From Longimicrobiales bacterium (lineage in GTDB: Bacteria; Gemmatimonadota; Gemmatimonadetes; Longimicrobiales; Gaopeijiaceae), in assembly GCA_965116905.1 (NCBI GenBank), contig OZ220732.1:3712001-3776000 (forward strand): a DNA stretch of 64,000 nt, in the 5' to 3' direction. Positions within the stretch are counted from its first letter, which is position 1, and every line of letters starts with the position of its first letter. The position numbers and the translations under genes were made by a program. Positions 1 to 9,404 of this stretch are shown here, one piece after another. The notes beneath the pieces were generated by a model, which saw only the letters and a program-made list of their open reading frames with translations, was not told the DNA's origin and did no database searches.

Positions 1-1177
1 CGCGCTCCTGGTTCGCCTGGACGAGCTGCATGGGCTGCAGATAGGGATCCTTCCAGTTCCAGATGTCCAGGGCGACCCTGTCCTGGTCCAGCGTGTCGTC
101 CTCTTCCTCGGGCTCGGGGCGCGGCGCGGTGCCGAAGCGGATTCGTCCGCCGCCGTCCGAGAAGTTCACGTTGCCGTTTTCGCTGACCCACCAGCCTTCG
201 GGGATCCCGGGCGTGGCCGATCCGGCCATTGACGCGCCCGTCCATTCGGGGGCCGACGCGTGGTACAGGGTGAACGCGGCCTGCTCGGCCTCGTAGTCGT
301 CGCGGTCGGACAGGAACGCGGTCTGGGCCCCGTCCTCCGAGACGGCCAGCTGCTTGTAGTTGCCCTCGCCCTCCATGACCGCGTGACGCGCAGCGGTCGC
401 CAGGTCGACGATGAAGACGCCGTCGCCGGATCCATCGCTGGTCGACGTTGCGAAGGCGAGGACCTCGGCGTCTTCGGCGAAGAAGAAGTCGGTGACCTTT
501 TCGTACCGGATTTCGTCGCCGGTCGCGAGGTTGAGCAGGACCAGTGGCGAACCCTCATCCTTCTCCTTTTCCTCGTCGTCCTCCTCTTCGGCCGCTTCCT
601 CCTCCGGTTCCGGCTCCGGTTCGGGCTCCGGCGCGGGCTCTTCGGCCTCCTCCTCTTCTTCGGCCTCCCCCTCTTCTTCGGCTTCCTCCTCTTCGACCGG
701 GACGTAGGCCACCCAGATCCCGCTGCCCGCCACCTTGTGGCTCTCGATGGCGGCCACCGTACGCGCCTGAATCCCGCTGCCTCCTCCACCAAGGGTCACG
801 ACACCCAGCGAATCCTTCGGCAGCGCATCACCCCTCTTGCCCTCCCGCCTCAGCGAATCCACCACCGCTTCCACCGGCGGCACCTCGTACACCACGAACC
901 GGGAATCGGAGGTGAATCGTGGGCTCGTTCCCCTCAGCGTCAGCGGCTCGGCCCCTTCGCGCGCGGCGCGGACGGTGAGCACCGGGTCGCCCTCCATGGC
1001 CGTGAGCACGAACACCAGCCAGTCGCCGTCCGGTGACAGCGAGGGGCTGCCGATCGTGTTCCAATGCAGCACGTCCTCGTGGTCCAGGGCGCGCTGCTGC
1101 GCGATGGCCGGGGCGGCGGCCGCGAGGAAGGCGAGGGAGAGGATGAAGGCCATTGTGCGGGCGCGCGCGTGACGCAT
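1..1177 (-). CDS. S9 family (prolyl oligopeptidase-like) peptidase, N-terminal part; runs off the window start
   Basis: Read manually on the minus strand: GGAG RBS, then MRHARARTMAFILSLAFLAAAAPAIAQQRALDHED (signal peptide), SLSPDGDW propeller-type segment and the DIWNWKDPYLQPMQ motif typical of this peptidase family. The catalytic domain lies outside the window. Confidence 0.75.
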   Translation of the reverse strand, partial: MRHARARTMAFILSLAFLAAAAPAIAQQRALDHEDVLHWNTIGSPSLSPDGDWLVFVLTAMEGDPVLTVRAAREGAEPLTLRGTSPRFTSDSRFVVYEVPPVEAVVDSLRREGKRGDALPKDSLGVVTLGGGGSGIQARTVAAIESHKVAGSGIWVAYVPVEEEEAEEEGEAEEEEEAEEPAPEPEPEPEPEEEAAEEEDDEEKEKDEGSPLVLLNLATGDEIRYEKVTDFFFAEDAEVLAFATSTSDGSGDGVFIVDLATAARHAVMEGEGNYKQLAVSEDGAQTAFLSDRDDYEAEQAAFTLYHASAPEWTGASMAGSATPGIPEGWWVSENGNVNFSDGGGRIRFGTAPRPEPEEEDDTLDQDRVALDIWNWKDPYLQPMQLVQANQER

Positions 1178-1326
1178 GGTGGATTCTCCAGGCTGGAACA
1201 TCGGGGACTTCGCGTCGGAAGAATGGTGTGCCAGCGAAGAAGCTGTGGAGGATCCGGTCGAGCCGCCAGTGTCAGGGGGTCGGGCCGGCGCGCTGGCATG
1301 ACCGCCGTGGCGCGCCGGCCATCGAC

Positions 1327-1692
1327 TCAGTCGCCGCCCGTCCCGAAGACCGAAGCGAGGATGTCCCGGTTGTACCCCACGACAAACGTGGTGCCAACCC
1401 GCATGGCGGGAGCCCGCAGCTTGCCCCAGCGGCTGGTCATCATCGCCGTCAGTTCGCTGTCGGACGGCCGGTCATCGCCGGCGAGGTCCACGCGGACGAC
1501 CTTTTTCCCCTTCGCCACACAGAGCTCGGTCATCCCCTCGAGCAGGGAGGTGGCTTCCCTGGCGGTCACAGGGTTCTTCGACGCGCTTCTCGTTTCAGCC
1601 GCGTCGATTCCGTTCTGCGCAAGAAACTCCTGCGTGCGTTTGCAGCTGGTTCAACCAGGGCGGTGGTAGCGCCATTCAAGGTTGCGGCTCAT
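1327..1692 (-). CDS. ArsC/Spx-like thioredoxin-fold selenoprotein (UxxC)
   Basis: GGAGG RBS and ATG at 1692 give MSRNLEWRYHRPG-TGA-TSCKRTQEFL, continuing in frame into the listed 80-aa ORF (LRAPAMRVGTTFVVGYN, ArsC-family C-terminal motif). TGA is at 1653-1651. Confidence 0.85.
1618..1634 (-). promoter_or_regulatory. Candidate bacterial SECIS hairpin
   Basis: CGCAGGA-GTT-TCTTGCG stem-loop starts 16 nt after the in-frame UGA and has a G in the apical loop. Confidence 0.55.
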
Positions 1693-1734
1693 TGGTGGGT
1701 TCCCTCCGGTTCGCTGTCCATTGGGCCGGTGCTC

Positions 1735-2982
1735 CTACCGGCTCCTCAAGATAAGCTCGCGGACTTCCACGCGCTCCACCCCGAATCCGTCCGTGGACAC
1801 GCCGACGACTTCGCCCCCGCCGACCTCCTCGACCGCGAAGGACGACGGAACCTCGACGCGGCCCAGGTATCGGCCGTCGGCACCGAAGACATCCCAGCGG
1901 AGTGCCGAGGCGCCGCGCTCGCTGTACCGGCGCGCCCAGAGTTCTCCCGTATCGGCGGTGCGCAGATCGGTGTAGGCGGGGAGCGTCTCCGGCAGCGGCA
2001 TTTCCCGGTAGTTTGCAATCATTGTCCGAATGGAAGCCTCGTCCTCGGCGAACGGGTTGCCGGAATTGCGGACATAGGCTTCCAGGTGCTCGTCGGTGCG
2101 CGGCGTCGGGGGTGCGGCAAGCCGGACGATCCTGTCCAACGTGCCGGTGTCGTCGAACACGCTGACCTCGTATCGGGTGCCCGCCGTGACCACGATGCCA
2201 CGGTTCGACCCATTCGCCGATGGCTCCGGCGAGAAGGGCACCCGCAGGAGGTCCAGGGACATGCTGGCGCCGCTGCCGGAAGCCGAGACCGACATCATCA
2301 TGCCCGGGTGGCGGGCGACGGTGTCGATCGGCACACCGTCCAGACGGTACCTGACGAAGTACTCCGGTGGACCCTCGTCTCCTCCGAAGGCCTCTTCAAG
2401 GCTCTCCAGCGGTGACTCCGCATTGCCGGGCATCGTGAGAGACCGCACCCGGCTCAGGAAGGTTGTGGGACCCGCGGGCCCGACGGGTGTAACCATGCCC
2501 ATGCCCCCGACGCCCGCAAGGGTCTCGGTGCCCAGCAGCGTTCCCCGGGAGTCGAATCGTGAAATGCGCTGCTGGCGCCTGTCCGCCGCAACCATGCTCC
2601 CGTCCGCGAGCAGCCACGCCCCGACCAGCGCCTGGAACTCCCCTGGCCCCTCTCCCCGGGCTCCGAAGGAACGCAAATGGCGGCCCTCGGCGTCGAATAC
2701 CCGAACCTCGCCCGCGCCGTTGTCGGCCACGACGAGGTTGCCGGCGCCATCGCGGACAACGCTGACGACACCGTCGAAGAGGAGTTCCTCCGGCCCTTCC
2801 AGGGCGCCGATCGACAGGGACGGCTCGGCCGCGAGTTCGCCGTAGACTGCGCCGGTGGGCAAGCTGGTCACGACGGTGACTCCAGCCGAGTCGACAACCT
2901 CTGCGGCCGGCGCTGCGGATGGCCGGTCGCCGCCACAGCCGGCCAGCGCCAAGGCCGCGATTCCGTGGGCGATGCGTCTCAT
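1735..2982 (-). CDS. 6-bladed beta-propeller (TolB/NHL-like) lipoprotein
   Basis: Lipobox LAGC, VVDSAGVTVV, FGARGEGPGEF and WDVFGADGRYLG motifs. Start re-called at MRRIAHG. Confidence 0.75.
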   Translation of the reverse strand: MRRIAHGIAALALAGCGGDRPSAAPAAEVVDSAGVTVVTSLPTGAVYGELAAEPSLSIGALEGPEELLFDGVVSVVRDGAGNLVVADNGAGEVRVFDAEGRHLRSFGARGEGPGEFQALVGAWLLADGSMVAADRRQQRISRFDSRGTLLGTETLAGVGGMGMVTPVGPAGPTTFLSRVRSLTMPGNAESPLESLEEAFGGDEGPPEYFVRYRLDGVPIDTVARHPGMMMSVSASGSGASMSLDLLRVPFSPEPSANGSNRGIVVTAGTRYEVSVFDDTGTLDRIVRLAAPPTPRTDEHLEAYVRNSGNPFAEDEASIRTMIANYREMPLPETLPAYTDLRTADTGELWARRYSERGASALRWDVFGADGRYLGRVEVPSSFAVEEVGGGEVVGVSTDGFGVERVEVRELILRSR

Positions 2983-3198
2983 GGCTGCTGTCCTTCCGAT
3001 CCCTGTCCGGGGTCTTGCCGTGGCGGACGCGCCAGGCTTAAGCTCGCCACCACTTTGGACACTCCCAAAAACTTGACACTCCGAAAACGCTTTGGTTGTC
3101 CGTCCTATCCGCGGTCCAGCACCCATACCATACGCGAAAGGCAAGCCCCGATGACTTCGACAACCCAGCTGACTTCGACAATCCCGCCAACCTCCACC

Positions 3199-3687
3199 AT
3201 GCCGCGCAAGTCCCCGGTTGCGGCCCTGGCCGCCGCGCTCCCCGTTCTGGCCATGGGCTGCGAAGGCGCCGGTACGGCCGGTGAGATGCCGATGCAGGAC
3301 GCCGCGCCTGCCGTGGAGTTCGTCAACGCGCGCTCGGCCGCCGACGGCGACGGGGTGCTGCCATTCAGCGGAGCCGTGTGGGTCGACAACACATTCTACG
3401 TGTCCGGCATGCTCGGGCTCGAGGGGGGCCAGGTTCCGGAGACCGCCGAACAGGAGGCCACCAATGTCCTCGATGGCATCAAGGGCGTCCTGGAGGGCGA
3501 GGGGCTGACGATGGACGATCTGGTGGTGGTTCAGGTGTTCGCCTCCGACGTGGACGACTACGACGCCTTCAACAGCGTCTACCGGACCTACTTCACCGGC
3601 GAGTTCCCGGCCCGCGCGTTCCTCGGTTCGGGGCGGCTCCTGTTCGGAGCCAGGTTCGAGGTGATGGGGACTGCGGTGCGGCGATAG
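3199..3687 (+). CDS. RidA/YjgF family protein with a lipoprotein signal
   Basis: PFSGAV..YVSG, FNSVYRTYF..FPAR and FEV motifs; N-terminal hydrophobic stretch ending AMGC. Alternative start at 3151. Confidence 0.8.
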   Translation: MPRKSPVAALAAALPVLAMGCEGAGTAGEMPMQDAAPAVEFVNARSAADGDGVLPFSGAVWVDNTFYVSGMLGLEGGQVPETAEQEATNVLDGIKGVLEGEGLTMDDLVVVQVFASDVDDYDAFNSVYRTYFTGEFPARAFLGSGRLLFGARFEVMGTAVRR

Positions 3688-3739
3688 CCGGCCCCGGCAC
3701 CGGGTCGCGCAGGGGGCCCTCACGCCGGAATCAGCCCTG

Positions 3740-5047
3740 CTACCCCAGAATCACGTCGCGGAGCGCCTTGACGCCCTCGACGGCGCGGGCGACGTGCTCC
3801 CTCGTGTTGTACACGTGCGGACACAGCCGGAGCCCACCCGTGCCCGCCCCCGCAATCCCGTGCTCCTCGTACAGGCGGCGGAGCCCCGCGCTGCGATCAC
3901 CCGGCACCTCGATGATGCAGACGCCGCCGGAGAACTCCGGCTCCATCGGAGTCACCAGGGTCATCCCGAGCTCGGCGAGCCCCTGTTTCAGGGTCGTCGC
4001 GAGTTCGCCGATCCGCGCTTCCGTCTCTTGTCCGCCGATCGCGGCGTGGAACTCCGCCGTAGTGCCGACCGCGGCCAGGCAGGCATCGTCCCGCTGACCC
4101 ATTGACTCGAACTTGCGAGCCCCCTTCACGTCGGGGTCGGCGTCGCTGCCCCACCCGGGCGCGACGATGTTGGGCCAGATCTCCGCGATCCGGTCCTCCC
4201 GAACGTAGAGCACGCCCGCTTCCTTCGGGCCCATGAACCACTTGTGGGAGGAGGCGGAATACGAGTCGCAGCCGAGCTCGCGCAGGTCGACGTCGAGCGC
4301 GCCCCAGCTCTGCGCGCCGTCCAGGTGGACGTGGACGCCGCGCGCGTGAGCCGCCTCGACGAGTTCGCGGACGGGAAGCCGCACGCCGCTGACGTTCGAG
4401 ACGTGAGTGATCGCAAGGACGCGCGTCCGGTCGGTCAGGGCCGCGACGAAGGGGTCGATGAGCTCCTGGGCCGAAGCCGGGTGACGCGGCACGGCTACCC
4501 TCTTCACCGTGATCCCGAACCTTGCCGCCCGGACATCCCACGCCACGTTGTTGGTCGGGTGGTTCTGATCCCAGATGACCACCTCGTCACCTGCACTCAG
4601 CGGCACGCCGTTGTTGACCGTATTGTTGGCCTCGCTGGTGTTGCGGACGAGCGCGATCTCGTCGGGGCCGACGCCGAGCTGGGCCGCGACGGCCGCCCGG
4701 GACGCCTCCGTCAGGGTGCGGAACTTTGCGCGGTTGTTGGAGGAGCAGTCGCGGTCGATGTCGCGGGTGAGGTCCTCTACGCGAGCAGCCACGGAGCGGG
4801 GCGACGGGCAGAGGTTGGCCGCGTTCATCGGGACGCGTTCCTCGGTAAACGCGAACTGCGCGCGGACCTGTCCCCAGTAGGACTCGTCGGCTGGCGAGGC
4901 GGGAGCCGTGGGAGGCCACGCGGGACCCTCGGGCGCCGCGCGCGGAGCCATGGGTGGATCGTTCGAGTGCGTGATGGCCGCGGGAAGAACGACCGCTCCG
5001 GCGGCCATGTCGGCGAGGAAGGAGCGGCGGCTGGTTCGACGCTTCAC
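3740..5047 (-). CDS. Class V PLP aminotransferase-fold enzyme (isopenicillin-N epimerase-like) with a Tat signal
   Basis: SRRSFL twin-arginine motif; RNTSEA, DGAQSWG and SSHKW (PLP lysine). Confidence 0.85.
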   Translation of the reverse strand: MKRRTSRRSFLADMAAGAVVLPAAITHSNDPPMAPRAAPEGPAWPPTAPASPADESYWGQVRAQFAFTEERVPMNAANLCPSPRSVAARVEDLTRDIDRDCSSNNRAKFRTLTEASRAAVAAQLGVGPDEIALVRNTSEANNTVNNGVPLSAGDEVVIWDQNHPTNNVAWDVRAARFGITVKRVAVPRHPASAQELIDPFVAALTDRTRVLAITHVSNVSGVRLPVRELVEAAHARGVHVHLDGAQSWGALDVDLRELGCDSYSASSHKWFMGPKEAGVLYVREDRIAEIWPNIVAPGWGSDADPDVKGARKFESMGQRDDACLAAVGTTAEFHAAIGGQETEARIGELATTLKQGLAELGMTLVTPMEPEFSGGVCIIEVPGDRSAGLRRLYEEHGIAGAGTGGLRLCPHVYNTREHVARAVEGVKALRDVILG

Positions 5048-5152
5048 GGGACTGCCTCCTGGGACCTGGGCCGAGCGGACGGGTTGCTCTCATCATATCG
5101 GGTCGGCAGCTTCCCTTGCCAGTCTCATGGTGTCCCCAGACAGGAGAGCACG

Positions 5153-6460
5153 TTGGCCCTGATCGCCCAGCGCATGAGCCACCTGGGTACGGAGAACGCC
5201 TTTAAGCTCGGCGACGACATTCAGCGATGCGTCGACCGGGGAATGGACGTGATCCGCTTCAACCTGGGTGCTCCCGATTTTCGCAGTGCCCCGCACCTCA
5301 ACCGAGTCGCCAGCGAGTCGCTGAACGCCGGCAATTCCGGCTACTGCGATCCCGCCGGCATCCTGCCCTTTCGCGAGGCCATCGCGGCCCATGTCACGCG
5401 TACTCGCGGCGTGGAGGTCACTCCCGGCCGCGTGGTCGTCACTCCCGGCGCCAAGCCCCCGATCGGCTACACGCTGCAGACCTACGTGGACGAAGGCGAC
5501 GAGGTCATCTACCCCTCGCCCGGCTTCCCGATCTACGAATCATGGGTGCGTTTCGCGCGGGCGGTGCCGGTGCCGCTGCTGCTCTCGGACGAGCGCGACT
5601 TCGCCTTCACCGCGGACGATCTCGCGGCGCTGATCACCGAGCGCACGAAGGTGATCATCCTGTGCTCGCCCTCGAATCCGACGGGGGGCGTGCTGTCGCG
5701 CGACGACCTGGCGGGAATCGCCGCGCTGGTGCGGGATCGCTGCCGGCCCGACGTGCGCATCTACGCCGACGAGATCTACGAGCACATCCTCTTCGACGGA
5801 CTCGAACACGAGAGCATCATGTCCCACGACGGCATGCCCGCGCGAACCGTGCTGGCGAGCGGCCACTCCAAGGGGTTCGCGATGACCGGTTGGCGCCTGG
5901 GATGGGCGGTTCTGCCCACCGAGGAGGAGGCCGGAATCTTCAAGCAGCTCAATATCAACATCATGTCGTGCGTGCCCCCGTTCCTCCAGGAGGCGGGCGC
6001 GGCCGCGTACGAGGATCCGGCGTCGGCGGTGCAGGTCGAGCACATGGTGCGGGAGTTCGAACGGCGGCGCGACTGGGTCGTGCCGGCGTTGAACGGCGTC
6101 CCGGGCGTGAGGTGCCGGCTGCCGAAGGGCGCGTTCTACGTCTTCCCCGACGTGTCGGGCATGTGTGATCGGCTGGGGGTGTACAAAGCACGGGCGCGAC
6201 TGCCGGCCACGGCGCGTGAGCGCGCAACGCCGGCGGCCATCCTCCAGATGTTCCTGCTCTACCGCTACGGGGTGGCCTCGATGGACCGGGCCTCGTTCGG
6301 ACGGATCGGTTCGGAGGGGCAGGACTTCCTGCGGCTGTCCATCGCGAACAGCATGGAGGACATTCGTCGGGGCGTGAAGAGGATCGGAGAAGCCGCGGGG
6401 GACATCGCCGGGTTCGCCGAATTCGCGGAAAGCGGGGACTTCAGAGAGCTCTTCGGATGA
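5153..6460 (+). CDS. Class I/II PLP aminotransferase (aspartate aminotransferase-like)
   Basis: SPSNPTG, DEIY, SKGFAMTGWRLG and GAFY motifs; TTG start after an AGGAG RBS; stop overlaps the dapB start. Confidence 0.85.
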   Translation: MALIAQRMSHLGTENAFKLGDDIQRCVDRGMDVIRFNLGAPDFRSAPHLNRVASESLNAGNSGYCDPAGILPFREAIAAHVTRTRGVEVTPGRVVVTPGAKPPIGYTLQTYVDEGDEVIYPSPGFPIYESWVRFARAVPVPLLLSDERDFAFTADDLAALITERTKVIILCSPSNPTGGVLSRDDLAGIAALVRDRCRPDVRIYADEIYEHILFDGLEHESIMSHDGMPARTVLASGHSKGFAMTGWRLGWAVLPTEEEAGIFKQLNINIMSCVPPFLQEAGAAAYEDPASAVQVEHMVREFERRRDWVVPALNGVPGVRCRLPKGAFYVFPDVSGMCDRLGVYKARARLPATARERATPAAILQMFLLYRYGVASMDRASFGRIGSEGQDFLRLSIANSMEDIRRGVKRIGEAAGDIAGFAEFAESGDFRELFG

Positions 6461-7260
6461 GTCTCCGGGTATGCGTGGCGGGTGTCACCGGGTGGACGGG
6501 GGCCGCGGTGGCCGCCGGGGTGCGGGATTCGCCCGAGTTCGAACTGGTGGCGGCGGTCGCGCGCCGGGCGGCGGGGACCGACGTCGGCGACGCGCTCGGC
6601 TGGGGGACGCAAACCGGGGTGGAGGTCACGGCCGATTCCACGCGCGCGCTGTCCCGCGCACCCGACGTCTGGATCGACTACACGCACCCGCTGGCGGTCA
6701 AGGACCACGCGCTGACCGCACTGAAGGCGGGCACCCGGGTCGTGATCGGCACCTCGGGGCTGGGAGCGTCGGACTACGGCGACATCGAGGCCGCCGCGGT
6801 GACGCACGGTGCGGGGGTGATCGCGGCGGGCAATTTTTCGCTGACGGCCGCGTGCCTCAAGCACCTGGCCGGGATCGCGGCGCAGCACCTGCCCCACCGC
6901 GAGATCGTCGACTACGCCCACGCCGGGAAGCCGGACGCCCCGACCGGCACGGCACGAGAGCTGGCGGAATACCTGGACACCGTCGCCCCCAACCGCATCC
7001 ACGTTCCCGTGGACGAGATCGTCGGCGTGCCCGGAACCCGCGGCGCCGGCATCGGGGGCACGCAGGTGCATTCGGTGCGGCTCCCGGGCTACGTCATCGC
7101 GGTCGAGGCGCTGTTCGGGCTCCCCGGCGAACACCTCACCATTCGCCACGACGCGGGCGAGAGCGCCGAGCCCTACGTGGCGGGGACCCTGCTGGCGGCG
7201 CGCCGGGTGGGCGAAGTCCACGGACTGGTGCGCGGGCTCGACCGGTTGCTGTTCGGATAG
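6457..7260 (+). CDS. dapB: 4-hydroxy-tetrahydrodipicolinate reductase
   Basis: VAGVTGWTG Rossmann motif, VIGTSG, GNFS, HAGKPDAPTGTA and HSVRLPG. Confidence 0.9.
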   Translation: MSLRVCVAGVTGWTGAAVAAGVRDSPEFELVAAVARRAAGTDVGDALGWGTQTGVEVTADSTRALSRAPDVWIDYTHPLAVKDHALTALKAGTRVVIGTSGLGASDYGDIEAAAVTHGAGVIAAGNFSLTAACLKHLAGIAAQHLPHREIVDYAHAGKPDAPTGTARELAEYLDTVAPNRIHVPVDEIVGVPGTRGAGIGGTQVHSVRLPGYVIAVEALFGLPGEHLTIRHDAGESAEPYVAGTLLAARRVGEVHGLVRGLDRLLFG

Positions 7261-7309
7261 GAGCGGGCCCCGGGCCGACGAAGGTGGAGGAGCCATTCCG
7301 GAGACGCGG

Positions 7310-8095
7310 CTACTCCTCCGTGATGGCGATCTCGAACATCGACGCCCACAGCTTCCCCGTGACGTAGAACGTGCCGGTGGCGTCGTCGTAGGCGATGCCG
7401 TTGAAGACCGCGCCCGCATCCGTCGGCCGGCCGCTCGCCAGAGAGAGTCCGAAGGCGTCGAGCTGGCCCGTGACCTGACCGGTCGCCTTGTCGATCCGGA
7501 CGATCTCGTCCCTCATGTAGATGTTTGCATAGATGTGGTCGCCGACGCACTCGAGTTCGTTGAGGTTGCGCACCGAGAAGCCGGAACGCGTGACGTCGAT
7601 CTGGCCCAGCAGTTCGAAGGTGGCCGGACTCCGCCGCTGCAGCGTATGCGAGCCATCGGACATGAACAGCGATTCGCCGTCGTGACAGAGTCCCCAACCC
7701 TCGCCCTCGTAAGCGAAACTGCCTTCCGGGACCAGCGTCGCGGCATCGTAGACGAACGCCAGGCCCGCTTTCCAGGTGAGCTGGATGAGCTTGTCGCCCA
7801 CCACGGCGATCCCCTCGCCGAAATGCTCGTCCGAGAGCGCGTGGCTTCGCAACACCTCGCCGGTCGCGATGTCGACCTGGCGGACATCGGACTCCCCGTA
7901 TTGGCCCGTGCTTTCGAAGAACACGCCGTCGTGGATGAGGAGCCCCTGCGTGTACCCGTCCGGATCGTGCGGAAGCGTGCGCCGCAGTTCGTAGTCGAGC
8001 ACTGCGACGGCGTCCCCGCAGCCGCCGAGAATGAGCGGCAGCACCACGACTGCCGCAACGACTGCCGCACCGAACGGTCTGACTCGCTGTATCAT
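7310..8095 (-). CDS. Glutaminyl-peptide cyclotransferase (lipoprotein)
   Basis: YTQGL, ESTGQYG, FGEG, QLTWK, EGWG, LNELE, NGIAYD and TGKLW motifs. Confidence 0.9.
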   Translation of the reverse strand: MIQRVRPFGAAVVAAVVVLPLILGGCGDAVAVLDYELRRTLPHDPDGYTQGLLIHDGVFFESTGQYGESDVRQVDIATGEVLRSHALSDEHFGEGIAVVGDKLIQLTWKAGLAFVYDAATLVPEGSFAYEGEGWGLCHDGESLFMSDGSHTLQRRSPATFELLGQIDVTRSGFSVRNLNELECVGDHIYANIYMRDEIVRIDKATGQVTGQLDAFGLSLASGRPTDAGAVFNGIAYDDATGTFYVTGKLWASMFEIAITEE

Positions 8096-8165
8096 CACTT
8101 GCCTCGCATGGCCTGGCGCGACGAAGCCGAAGCCGGTGCGCGCTCTATTCTCATCGTGGGGTCCT

Positions 8166-8210
8166 CTGGCTAACCTATCGCTGGCCAGCCTGTCACTGGC
8201 TAACCTATCA
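8166..8210. repeat. 3 x 15-bp tandem repeat in a divergent intergenic region
   Basis: ctggctaacctatcg / ctggccagcctgtca / ctggctaacctatca. Confidence 0.85.
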
Positions 8211-8255
8211 CTTCTCATTTCGATCCACTTCTCATCTCGATCCAAGGAGGCGGAA

Positions 8256-9404
8256 GTGCCCGGGCTGCATCCCCACATCGATCCGGACGGACTGCTGGAG
8301 TACTCGGTCGTCTTCACCGACCGGTCACTGAATCACATGTCGGAGCGGTTCCGCGACATCATGAAGTATCTCTCCCGGACGCTGAAGGCGGCCTACGGGG
8401 CGGAAGCCGTCGCCGTGGTGCCCGGGGGTGGGACCTACGCAATGGAGGCGGTAGCCCGGCAGTTCGGCACCGGCAAGCGCTGCCTGGTCATCCGCAACGG
8501 CTGGTTCTCCTACCGCTGGACCCAGATCTTCGAGGCCGGAGGGATCCCGTCCGCCGAGACGGTGCTTTCCGCGCGCCCGGCAGCCGACGGTCCGCAGGCT
8601 CCGTTTGCGCCGCCGCCGATCGCCGAGGTCGCGGCAACCATCGCGGCGGAGCGCCCGGACGTCGTCTTCGCGCCCCATGTGGAGACCTCGGCGGGGATCC
8701 TGCTGCCCGAAGACTACCTGCGGGCCGTCGCCGACGCCACGCACGCGGCCGGAGGCGTTTTCGTGCTCGACAGCATCGCGTCGGGTGCTCTGTGGGTCGA
8801 CATGAAGGCGTGCGGCGTCGATGTGCTGCTCAGCGCCCCGCAGAAGGGGTGGAGCGGATCGCCGTGCGCGGGGCTGGTCATGCTGGGGCCCGAGGCGCTG
8901 GCCAGGATGGACCCGGCGGACAACACCAGCTTCTCGTGCGACCTGCTGCGCTGGCTCCAGGTGATGCAGAGCTACGAAGAGGGCGGACACACCTACCACG
9001 CCACCATGCCCACGGACGCACTCCGCATGCTGCATGACGCGATGCTGGAGCTGCAGTCATTCGGCTTCGAGAAGGCCAGGACTCGCCAGCGGCAACTCGG
9101 CGAGCGGGTTCGGGCGCTCCTTGCCGCGCGAGGGTTCAGGAGCGTGGCCGCCGAGGGGTTCGAGGCGCCCGGGGTGGTCGTGTGCTACACCGACGATCCC
9201 GAAATCAGGCAGGGGACCGGTTTCGCGCGGGTCGGCGTGCAGATCGCGGCGGGAGTGCCCCTGCAGTGCGGCGAGCCCGAGGGATTCAGCACATTCCGCG
9301 TGGGGCTTTTCGGGCTGGACAAGCTGGGCGATGTGGATCGTACGGCAGACACCCTTGCGGAGGCGGTGGACCGAGTACTCGAGAATGCGGTGGCGGCGAT
9401 CTGA
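8256..9404 (+). CDS. Alanine/serine-glyoxylate aminotransferase family (class V)
   Basis: AAGGAGG RBS and GTG start; DPDGLLEYSVVFTDRSLNHMS, PHVETSAG and SAPQKGW. Confidence 0.88.
   Translation: MPGLHPHIDPDGLLEYSVVFTDRSLNHMSERFRDIMKYLSRTLKAAYGAEAVAVVPGGGTYAMEAVARQFGTGKRCLVIRNGWFSYRWTQIFEAGGIPSAETVLSARPAADGPQAPFAPPPIAEVAATIAAERPDVVFAPHVETSAGILLPEDYLRAVADATHAAGGVFVLDSIASGALWVDMKACGVDVLLSAPQKGWSGSPCAGLVMLGPEALARMDPADNTSFSCDLLRWLQVMQSYEEGGHTYHATMPTDALRMLHDAMLELQSFGFEKARTRQRQLGERVRALLAARGFRSVAAEGFEAPGVVVCYTDDPEIRQGTGFARVGVQIAAGVPLQCGEPEGFSTFRVGLFGLDKLGDVDRTADTLAEAVDRVLENAVAAI

Noticed and set aside
3740..5047. Selenocysteine lyase or cysteine desulfurase linked to the nearby selenoprotein
   Set aside because: No catalytic Cys-loop motif of the NifS/SufS type is visible, and the protein appears Tat-exported.
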